The notes under the pieces are model-generated. The model was not told where the DNA came from. It saw nothing but the letters and a program-made list of their open reading frames with translations, and did no database searches. From Guillardia theta CCMP2712 (Eukaryota; Protista; Cryptophyta), in assembly GCF_000315625.1 (NCBI RefSeq), contig NW_005434666.1, forward strand, positions 1,073,806 through 1,137,805: a stretch of DNA of 64,000 bases, read 5' to 3'. The position numbers and the translations under genes are program-made. Shown here piece by piece: positions 53,620 through 64,000 of the stretch. The stretch's first letter is position 1; each line of letters starts with the position of its first letter.

Positions 53620-55311
53620 CTGTGCTTTCCTCTCTCGATGCAGAAGCATCGTTGAAAGCCCTCGAGTGGGAGATTCGAAGCCTTAAGCAGAACCTCTCTG
53701 CAACCCTAAGCGAGCTCCGCACTCTCAACTCTTCCGTCTCTTCCATGCCGCAGCTGCCCTGGGGCAACCTCATTCTCCCGTACATCTGGTCTCAAATAAA
53801 CTACAAGGAGTCTTCTGCTACGACATGAGCTGTGTCTCACATTCAGCCTGCAAGGTATGAGGTCTGGGTTGGCCCGCAGGGCTCTTGCCACTCCTGCCGT
53901 CAACCAGTGCCAGTGCATCGGAGGTAAGGCTTGTGCATGGGGGGTAGTGCCGGTAGGGCTTGTGCGTGAGGAGGGTAGCGCTAGCTCGAGCCGTGTGTGA
54001 CGAGCAGGATGGTGCGCAGGGTTCTACCTGGATGTGGGCCCTCCTGCTCCTCCTGCCCATCCGGTCTCATGTCGCCCTTCGCGAGCTCCTCGCTGCTTGA
54101 TGTTTCTCGGAAGCATCGCAGGAGAGTCATGCTCAGACGTCTGCGCGTCAAAACATCTGACATGCGTCGACGAGGCCCGGCCCGTGATCACCGGCAGTCA
54201 CTTGGTCACTCTTCTCGCCGCATGGAGCATCACTGTCTCCCAGTATGGCGGCACTGACAGCGTGGACGCCCCATCCTACAACCCCACCACGGGTCAAGCC
54301 TTCTACCGTTACGGCTTGCCCGGCAAGTGCAAAGCCACCAATGCAAACACCGTTAGAGTGTGTCGATGCACGTGCGCTGACAACCAGTACGGTAAGCGCC
54401 GTCCTTCCTCGCTCACAACCACCTCTCACGCGCCATGCAGGCATGTCAGGCAACTGCTCGTCATGCCCAGCCAACAGTCTGTCGTCCTTTCAAGCTCCGG
54501 ATCGCTCGAGCTGCATGTGCAACTTCGGTGATACAACTTCTACATGACACTGCGAGCGCTGACGAGGCCATGTGCTGGTGTTGCAGGTTACTTCCTCAAT
54601 GCGTCGGAAGGAGGCTGCAGCCCCTGCCCAGGTGGCACGTACGCGAGGAGGATGGAGTTTGTCGAGCAAGACTTCGGCAAGGACGGGATCGTGGGATGGC
54701 AGGGGACGGATCAAACGTCGAGCTGTGGGGCCTATGGCTCAGTGCTTGGGGGGCTCAACGTGCTGGCCGAGTACTCGAGTGTGACCAAGACGTTCACCGG
54801 CTTGTGCCCGCATGGCTTTGTCTACCTCTGGATGAGAGTGGTGCTCATCGACGTGGCTCAGCCCGTGACGCTACGTATGTACGTGAACCGTCAGCTACGT
54901 ATGTACGTGAACCGTCAGCTACGTATGTACGTGAACCGTCAGCTACGTATGTACGTGAACCGTCAGGAGGTCTGGAACGAGACGATCTCGGCTGTCTTTC
55001 CCGTGTCGTCGAGGTGCGGGAGCAGCAATGGGGACGGGCTGATCTCTGGATTTAAGCGATTGTATCACACGGAAGACTACATAGAGGTGGGTATCCGAGT
55101 AGACTACGACTACCTGCAAGTGGATGCTTCCATCGCTAAGACGTTCTGGGGGCTCAAGGAAGTTTCTCTCATACTCCAATGCGCGAGCTCGACTTCAGCT
55201 GACTGCAGCATGACGAAACCGTTGGAACAGTCATGTTCGGATGTGACAGGAAGCGGAGGGAGATGCACGAGGTCAGGCAACTACCTCTTAGTATGTCCAC
55301 TACTCCAATGA
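53620..55311 (+). CDS. Cys-rich (EGF/TNFR-like) extracellular-type protein, multi-exon
   Basis: GESCSDVC, CRCTCADNQY, CSSCPANS...CMCN..GYF...CSPCPGGTY. The start is unclear. Confidence 0.55.
54871..54966 (+). repeat. 24-bp tandem repeat x4 (LRMYVNRQ)
   Basis: Four exact copies of CTACGTATGTACGTGAACCGTCAG. Confidence 0.95.
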
Positions 55312-55892
55312 CGCTCTGGGATGGTGGGATGCGGAGTCAAAGTGCAGTAGCATGGGCATTGGAGGACATCCGATCGATGATCTCGCCTACTTCCCGGATG
55401 CAGCAACGCAAAGAGCAGTAAAATCGAGTCACTGAGTGTGGGAGGCCCGCGGCGAGTTCAAGCTGAGCCTGCCCGGCCCCGCCCGGCCACTCGGCGGCAG
55501 TGACCGGGTGACTCGGCGGTGAGACTGCGTTTCAACGTTTCAAAGTTTCAAAGTTTCAAAGTTTCAAAGTTTCGCTGCTAGTCCGAGGGATCATTTGACG
55601 TCAGCATGGCAGAAGCAATGAAGCGACGAAGGTACGAGAAGAGGAGAATATGGTAGAGACGTAGCAGAGACAGCGGAGATAACATACCAGGAAGGCTAAG
55701 AGTAGACACGAGCAAGATGCAGAGAGATATGTGTCATAGCTAATCACGGCGTTCTTGTTCTCTAAACTCACCTTGGTGCTTGGATAGGTGATGTTTGCTG
55801 CAAGCACTTATCTTTTAGAGGCCATTGTGAGCAAAACTGTTCATATTTTCTCCTCATATTGATACAAAGCTATTTCAGGATTGATTGAAGGC

Positions 55893-57521
55893 ATGCAGTC
55901 TGCATTGTTTCCATTATTTGCAGCGTGTGTTGTGTACTTATTCCCCTTGCCATCTTGTGCCATCTCAAAATCTGCATTCGGCAATCTTCCTCCGGCAACA
56001 GTTTCACGATTTGTACCTGAAACAAGTCAGACATGGAGAGGAAATGATGCTCTGCGCTTTTCCTCCACGTACGCGCAAGGCACAACAGTGCGAGGATTTC
56101 TATGCTCGGATTTTGTGCAAGTGGGGCCCTATGGATCCTTTTCTCCTTTTTGCTGTGTGACCTCTGTGTCGGGCATGTTTGACGGTTCAGGAATTGCTGG
56201 TTTCGCTCCTCCTCCGAAGAAAGATCCCAACTCACAGTTCCCTCCTCTTCCTCCTCTCTTCATCAGCCTGGCAAACATCACGGGTCAAGACAGCAGCGCC
56301 AGGGATCGCCCTGTTCCAAAACCTGTCTTCTCATTTCTATCATCTCCTGATGCAGCTGAGCTGCAGTTGGGAGGGTATGACGAGACTTCTGTGTCAGGAA
56401 GGATGAGATACATTAGCTCACTTTCGAGGTTTGCATACGTGGTTCCCATACAGTCCATGTCGATAGGAAATACTCCCATTCTTATCAAGAACAGCAACGA
56501 GCAGCTGGCAAAAAAGTTTCAAGCTGGTGCAATATTGGATAGCGGCACAAGTTGTATTTGCCTCCCTGACAATGACATGCACGGCTATGCTAAACAATCA
56601 CCATACAAGAATTTCAAGGATTCATGGCAGAAAGAAAGTGGAGCTGACATCGAGATCGTTATGGGAACAGGAAGTAAGACTTTTAGTGTGATGATTCCTT
56701 CAAGTGTGTGGCTGCCTGGTATGCAGGAGGTTCAGGGTTGCCTGATGAAAGATTGTCCTAACGATAAAATTATCCTCGGCGACTGGCTGTTTCAGTCGTG
56801 GCTCGTGCTCTTTGACTTGGGGCCAACGGCTTCTGGGAGGACACCACGGATAGGCCTGGCTCCTAGGAAAGATGATTACAATGTGGGTAAGAAGTACTTT
56901 CTGCATGAACACTCGTCCGGGGTAACAAAAGTGGCGATGAAGCGAGAGAAAGTGACGAAACGGTACAACACTCCTGACCTGCCAGGATACTCAGCATCAA
57001 AGGAAGAAGTTCCAGATGTCAAGCTCTCTATCGTTCGAGATCTGTATTATCTTCTCCCCGTAATGGTTGGACATCCAGCACAGCGCTTTGATGTGGTGTT
57101 CGACACTGGATCTTCCTTCTTTGGTCTAGTTACTGCTCCTGCTGATTCTGAAGTGGTTCAAGAAGCACTCGTCAAGCTAGGTAAGAATGGCGACGGTAAG
57201 CTCAGCAAGCAGCTGCAACGAGAGGTGGATGAAGCTGAGAGCGTCAAGAAGAGACTTGATGCACAGGTGAGAACATGTCCCTGGTCCTCCGATGCTGAGA
57301 AAACATTTGCAGGACAATGGACCGCTGCGAGAGAGAAAAATGACTGGCCCTGGGCCAGGGATGGTGTGCTCTAGTTGTTGAGATGGAGTTACTCTTGACG
57401 TGAAACGCAGGTCGGGATGGGAGTGATCGGGCTGGTGTGGGGAGTGCTTGTGATCGGAGGCGTTTGTGCCGTCCAGATCGTCAGAAGGCGCCAGCGAAAA
57501 GGAGCTGGCGACTGGTTTTGA
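55893..57521 (+). CDS. Pepsin-family (A1) aspartic protease with signal peptide and C-terminal TM helix, lobe motifs in permuted order
   Basis: Signal peptide MQSALFPLFAACVVYLFPLPSCA, flap FSSTYAQG, AILDSGTS, IILGDWLF, RIGLA, then YYLLPVMVGHPAQRFDVVFDTGSS. The final exon reads VGMGVIGLVWGVLVIGGVCAVQIVRRRQRK. Confidence 0.88.
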
Positions 57522-57823
57522 ACAAACATAGATTAGATTCTGTCAAGAGGGGTTGAAAATTGTTTCTAGATGATATAAACTGAAGAAACAAGGATCCAGA
57601 TGACATAAACCGTAGAACAAATTATTAGGATTGTCATGATAGGTTATTTTGTTTCTACATAAATGGTAGGGGCTTGTTGTTCAAATACTTTACAATCACT
57701 CAGATGATGATACACCTCACGCTTGCGGCTAAGAATAACAAAAGAATAGGAGGATGGCAAGTTGAGTCTTCGAGCTTGAAACGAGCGTGCCTTTCGTTCC
57801 CGGGCACCTTGTGGTGATTGTGC

Positions 57824-58437
57824 TTAGAAGTCCAAGATCTCGATCTCGAATTTCAGGTCTGCATTGGGAGGGATGAGGTTGCCTGCCCCGTTTGCTCCGT
57901 AAGCATAGTCAGCTGAGCAATGCAAGGTAGCAGTCTGGGCGATGGCTGCGTAAGGCCAGGGACAACGAAAACAAAAACAAACCTGTCCTTTACTCATCTG
58001 CTTGATGCCTTCATCCCAGCACTTGATAACTTCTCCTACTCCTGTACAACACGTGTAAGATTTGTCATGAGGCCAGACAGATACCCAAGGTGAAGATGAA
58101 GGGCTGATCCCTGTCCTTGGAAGAGTCAAATTTCAATCCGTTGTCTGCTAGATATCCAGTGTAATGCACAGTGACGCTCTGTAAACAGCATCACAGAAGG
58201 AGTTCGACCAAATATCAAGCAAGATTAATCAAGAGTACCTTGCCAACAGAAGGAAAAGTTTTTCCATCTCCGGCATGCTTTGTTTCTATGGTGACCCCTG
58301 AGAATCTCAGTCAGAGTGTCTGGAAAAACTTTTGCCTACGAAGCCTCACCTCCATGTACAAGATTCACAAGAAAAAGATTTATGAGTAAATAGATGAATG
58401 AAACCCCTTGGCTGCAGTGCAATCTGGATACAACCAT
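57824..58437 (-). CDS. FKBP: FKBP-type peptidyl-prolyl isomerase with N-terminal signal-peptide-like extension, 5 exons
   Basis: [47 protein letters not shown] and [14 protein letters not shown]. Confidence 0.93.
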
Positions 58438-59207
58438 GGTAAGTAGTCGAAAGGCAATGTCAACACTTGCAAAGTTCTATCCTCCTTCATCATATCGTGC
58501 AATGTTGAAGTTCAAACTGCATGCTCACTGTATCACATGATCCTCCCAGTCTTCCTTACACTAATAAAAAATCTGGTTCATGTTGCTTTCTTCGCTTCAT
58601 TTCTTCCACTGACCGCCTCCGCATTCCCTTCTCGCCGCTTCACCTGCCCATGGCGTCGTAGAACCTAAAGCAAGGCAACGGATACATAACGGTCAGATGT
58701 TCGTTACGTCTCTACAACTTTCAAGAGCTAAAAGAAACGTTTCAAAGTTTCCAAACAAGAACTTCAAAACTTTGACTCTTTTAAAACAAAGTTGCGATGT
58801 TCAAATTGGCGAGGTAGAACCTATCGAGTGGGGGTAGGGGTTATCCTGATAACCGGTACTGATTGGTAAATCAGAGGGTTCACACTCCAAGCAATCTGTT
58901 ATTCAAGTAGGGTAGGTGGGTAGTAACGGAACTTTGAAGGATTCAAACCGGAGGACCTTGGATCACCACCCGTGTCACAGAGGGATTTAGAGGGGTGAGG
59001 GGTGAGGGGTACTGCAGTAGATCGCGCGCGCTCGATGGCAAGCAAGTGAAGGAGGAGCAAGAGCAAGAGCAAGAGACGAAGGAAGAGAGAGGAAGATCAA
59101 GAAGTACTCGGCGAAGTACATATCCTACATTCCTGCGATATTTCAGCGTCATTCATTCCTTGTGAACAAAGTTTTTCGTGAACTCAAGTGTGAGAAAATC
59201 AAGAGCA

Positions 59208-60396
59208 ATGGCTCATCATCAGCACGACTCCGCGTCGGCAGCTTCAGGATGTCCTCCAAGTGCACCTGCTGGTGTCACTGTGAGTGAAGCTCAGGAAGGT
59301 ACAGAAGCTGTTAAAATTTCCTGTTGCGACTTGACGTCATTGTACTTGTGTCTCATTGCTTCCAAGATGTACGAACGTTTCCGTGTTATATATCATGACA
59401 TTCAAACTACAGAACTGCGAAGGAGTGAGAAGTTCTTTGCCTTTTCCCCGATTCGATTTGTGGACGATGTTTACAACTGCACCTCGCATTATCTGAAGGT
59501 ATGAATGTCCAAAACTATCGATGACGAACTCACCTCTTGCTCGCTCAGCACGGACTAGATCAAATGGAGAATGTTCTGCTGGAAGATCAAGAAACCAGAA
59601 TATACTCTGATGATATCAAGAAGGGTGTAACTAGTTTGCACAAGAAGCTTTTCCGCTCCTTGGACAGGAACATCGACAAATTCGAGCTGTACATCATTCG
59701 TAACATTCTGAAGATTCCGAAACATCTTGATCTCTCGTCGGACAACAAGGAAATGAATTGGACAGGAGAGTCTGCTGCTGCAGGGGGATCAGTGGAGGAT
59801 GAGCAGATGTTGGATGAGGTATTCTTTCTCCATCGAAACCATCTGGATCTCTAAAGCATTTGTAGGAACTGAGGGAGCTACGCCGCAAAATTCATTCTGC
59901 TCAGTTTGTCAACAGAGCTATGAAAGGAAAGTTAAGCGAGATTGAGAAGCAACTGAAGGACTATCATCAAATCCAAGAAGCGTTCGATGAAATGGACCGC
60001 AGGGTCAGATCTTGAATGTCAACATTGGATGTCGCGTCTGACTGTGCATTAGGCCAAGGAAAGTGGAGTCGACACACACCTGGAAGCTGCTGTGCTCGAC
60101 CTTCTCCAACATGATCCCGAACTGCGAGCCCTGGAGAAACAGTACGCTGCCGTTGAGACGGTGACTGAAAATCTCGCACTGCGCTCGACTCTAAAGCTCC
60201 ACAAGTTGCAGAGTAAGGATAATGAGAACTGGGGAATGGTTGGGCCAAACATAGATACTTGTTTCACGGAAAACCGAGTCAAGGTATGCTGATTGTGTGG
60301 ATTTTTGACTTCTGATTTGACAGTATTTGCTTTCAGATGGGTGGCCCGTCAACAAGAACTTTGAACCATCTGCGAGAGATCCTCACTGCCAAGTGA
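59208..60396 (+). CDS. MIS12: Kinetochore protein Mis12-like, multi-exon
   Basis: FFAFSPIRFVDDVYN and LDRNIDKFELYIIRNILKIP, the two conserved Mis12 blocks, followed by a coiled coil. Confidence 0.8.
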
Positions 60397-60539
60397 TTAC
60401 TTTTCCTTCCTTGCTTGAAATATTCTAGAGATAATCTACAACCCTGAACTTCAACAGTGTCAAACCTGCAAAGGCAAGAGGAATATTTTGGTTTGTCAAC
60501 ACTATTTGGTCGTTGGAGGGATGTTTGCAATTAAATAAA

Positions 60540-62824
60540 TAAATTGAGCCCAAGCTTCACTTTTAAGTCTCTTTGTGAAAGTTACAGCTCTCATTTCATC
60601 TTGCGCACTCATGGGTTCTTGTTGGAAAAGCGCAGGCCAGCAAAAATTTGGATTGAGTCAACAGGTCTTGGAGGTCACCGGGAGTCTCGACCGTTTCTCA
60701 ACACTCGTTCCAACAAGGAGCTGTGCATATTCAGCCATTCTGAGTACATGTCAGCCATTCTGATGAAGATCGAGCAATCATTCACCACTGGATTCCGTCT
60801 CGTAACGTTTCTCGTTTGATCGCAGTTGTTCTAGTTCTTGAAGCGTCAGCTTCAGCCTGTAGTGCATTCGTTGCTTTTCTTGCTCAAGCCTGGCAGCACA
60901 AGCATTCAAAGAGCGTTCTGTCTAAATGTTTCAAGCACCCTTGCTTCTCCTGGTTTACATACTGCACTTCGGTGCGCAAGGCATCTGCCAGTTCCTGCAA
61001 CGACCTTCACGATGTGTACGTCTTTGGTCTCAACTTCTTACCTGATATTGTAATGCCTCGGATTGAGCGCTCCGAACGGCATCCTGCAGATCTGCAATTT
61101 TCTGACTCATACTGTTCACTGTTAGAGTGCTGATCGTGCGTGAAGAAAACGTACGCAGATTCTACTTTCTTTTTCTCCTCTTGCTCTCTTACATAGAACG
61201 CCTCATACTCCTGTAATCTGTAGACCTGAAGGACAAAAATGAGCTTCCGAACTAGCATAACTTTGCTTGTGCCTGTTTGTGAAGTTCAGAAACTTTTGCT
61301 TCATACTCCTTGACTTCTGATTTCCTTGCCTCAAGTTCTTTTTGCATCAAATCTACAGAAAATCTTACTAGTTCACTATCACAATGAGGATTTACCCATC
61401 TCATCGCACAAACGCATCTTTTGACTTTGGACTCGTTCGAAATCACCGCGAAGGGAGTCAAAATTCCTTGTAAGATCATCATTTTCCCGCTCCGATCGAG
61501 TGAGTTGATCTGAAATCTCCTGTTTCGACCTGGAATTCTCTGTAAAGCTAGTCAAAGATCAATTGAACATGGTGACTTACAGGTTCAGACCGGAGTTTTC
61601 GATTCTGAGAATATTCACTTCTCGTTCCACAACATTCAGTTTCCCCTCCAAATTCGTCATTTCTTTGTTTTGATTGTCAATCTTCTTGCATAATTGCGAT
61701 CTTTCAAGTTCATTGGCATCGATAGTCTTCTGCAGATGATCGAGTTGCTGTAAACTTACTTGCAGTCGTGTGTTGCAATCAGATTTCTCTCTGTTTAGAA
61801 GCTCTCTTTCTTCAATCCATGAACGACGCGCACTTTGGAGCTCTTCGTTTTGAATTTGAAGCCTATCTCTTTCTGCTCGATCTTCGAGCAGACTTTTCCT
61901 TTCCTCTTGCCATTGATCTGCAGCCTTTCGATGAAGAACAGCATCGCACTGCAGCTGTTCAACAAGTTCTTTTTGGTGCTTGATCTCAGATTGAAGCGAA
62001 ACAATTCTCTCTTCTATATTCAACTTCTCCTTCATCAATTCCATGTTCTCACTCTTCAAAGCTTTTTCATTCGTGACGTAGGAAGAAATTTCTTCCTCCA
62101 GCTCTTTTACTTTCTTCTGGAATTCTTCGCAGTCCTTTCTCAGCTTTACCTGGGAAGAAGAAGCGTGAGCAAGAAGCTCGGACACCTCAGGGTGACATGA
62201 GTATACCTCTGATTTCTCGATATTGAGCTTGTCTGCCTTGCAATGATCAAGTTGTTTTGCCAGAGACTCAGCCTGTCGCTGATATTCTTGCATCTTCTGA
62301 ACCGCTGCATCACAGTCATGCTCAAGAGACTCCTTTTGGAGGAGCCAATGTTTCATCTCGTTGACGTGCTTCTGTTCGGACTCAAACAGCCTCTTGATTT
62401 CTTCGGCGGATGAAGCCAATATCGCTTGTAGAGTGCTCTTTTCCCTCTGTAGAAGATCTTTCTCCTGCATCAGCAGCCCGACCTCTTGAAACAGTTGCTC
62501 TTCTGACGCTTTTCTCACGGGATCTTGCACTGACGGCGATGCTGCCCAGTCAGACTTGTCTGCAAGCATTCCGCTCTTACTGAGCAGCTTCTGCCGCTCT
62601 GATGCCACAACAGCTCGTGCAGACTGGATGGATCGGAGAGCATGCATTTCGTTGGCAGCAGCAGACTTGGTATCGTGCATGAAGCTGAGATCAGTGAGAG
62701 GGTGTTGATTTCTCGAGGATTTGAGCACTTGATCGTGCCCGGACATGTTCTGCCATGTTTTCCTGCCCTGCAGTAGCAACGCTTCCTCCTCTTCCTCCTT
62801 CATTCTTCTGAGCGGCGACGCCAT
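60540..62824 (-). CDS. Long coiled-coil protein, multi-exon
   Basis: 415-aa heptad-rich ORF plus downstream exons. Confidence 0.65.
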
Positions 62825-63228
62825 CCCTCGGTAACCTGGGCCGTCCTCTTAACCCCTCCCCCCTCCCCCCAACAAGTAATGGGAAAGAGGGGTGGTAAAC
62901 GGAAGGTGCTGCCGTTGGCTGCGGGGTAAGATGCCGGTAAGATGGAACCGGAACAATCTTTGCAGTGGTGAGGTAGGGAAGATACAATCTTTGCAAGTGG
63001 TGAGGAAAACGAATGGGAAAGCGAGAGGAGGAAGAAGAGCAGGAGCGAAGAGGAGAAATAGACGTTTGACAAGCATTGGCACACCGACATGTGACAAGGT
63101 TGGCAGGCGAAGGGATGTGAGTGACCTCTCATGGTGACAGCGAGCGACATAAGACTCAATGGAAGCTCTGATTGACTCTTTCAGACTTGCGGCTACTCGA
63201 TTTCAATCTCCATTGCCTTCCGCGTCAA

Positions 63229-64000
63229 ATGTCAAACTCAGCGCAAGACGACGCTGATCTTCCCTTGGAGTCTTTCAAGTCAAAACAAAAGATTGCCTAC
63301 GCTAACGGAGATGTGTATGAAGGCTCCGTAGAAAGAGGCCTCCGCAGTGGTCGAGGAGTTCTGGTGTGTGAAGATGGGAGGAAGTATCGAGGTCAGTTCT
63401 ATCAGGACCTGCCGCATGGGCAAGGGGAAGAGAGAACGAGCGACAACGCCGTCTACAGGGGTGAATTTCGAAATGGCCACAGAGATGGAACAGGGACAGA
63501 GATGAACGAGCAGGGACACGAATACAGCGGTGAATGGAAAGATGGGATGAGGCATGGTTCAGGAGATTATTTCCAGGACGGCTTGTACTATCAAGGAGAG
63601 TGGAAGGAGGGGAACAGGTGACACTCTTCGTTGAATCTTGAAATGGATGTGACGACATGCAGGCATGGTTACGGTGTTTGTATGTTCCAGAACGGGGATC
63701 TCTATGAAGGAGAGTTTGTAGCGGATTTGATGGAAGGCAGCGGGTGTATGGTGATGGCGAATGGCAGCAGATATGACGGTGTCTGGAGTGAGCAACTTGA
63801 AGTAGGTGCGGTATCATTCATTGACTATTGCTTCGTAGAGGCGGGAAAGATGTCAGGCAAAGGCAAGATGATTTATTCCAACGGAGATGTTTATGAAGGG
63901 CTCTGGAGTGATGGCAAGCGAGAAGGGCAAGGAAGTTATTTCTCAGCGGCTACTGAATCTGAGTACGTGGGTGAATTCAAGAAGGGCAAACGACATGGCT
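63229..64000 (+). CDS. MORN-repeat protein (runs off window end)
   Basis: Repeated Y.G.(F/W)..G.RHG.G motifs (NGDVYEG, YRGEFRNGHRDG, YSGEWKDGMRHG). Confidence 0.92.

Overview
Gene-dense eukaryotic nuclear DNA with many short (mostly ~40-60 bp) GT-AG introns, microsatellites and one 100-N assembly gap. A signal peptide followed by Phe on a glutaredoxin (bipartite plastid-targeting style) and the intron style suggest an alga with a secondary red plastid, most likely a cryptophyte (inference). About 25 genes are present, many arranged head-to-head: organellar uL15, a degenerate GT1-PH fusion, an ankyrin protein, a PH/coiled-coil protein, a divergent UPRT, a Pls-type NRPS-like protein, ALKBH6, a LIN52-like microprotein, ATG18, a CDC48-like double AAA ATPase, alpha-tubulin, an RCC1 protein, a CGFS glutaredoxin, a SAP-domain protein, an EEP/sphingomyelinase-like protein, an IP3R/RyR-like exon, a triple-TIR protein, an aspartic protease, FKBP, Mis12 and a MORN protein. 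The most notable candidates are (1) an apparently circularly permuted, membrane-anchored pepsin-family protease, (2) an epsilon-poly-lysine-synthetase-type membrane NRPS whose amino-acid adenylation domain seems replaced by an acyl-CoA-ligase-type domain, (3) a predicted lipid-anchored triple-TIR/Btk-zinc-motif protein with one catalytic Glu retained, and (4) a natural Walker-B E-to-Q AAA ring. All family calls come from motif recognition and manual splicing, with no database searches; multi-exon boundaries are approximate unless stated.
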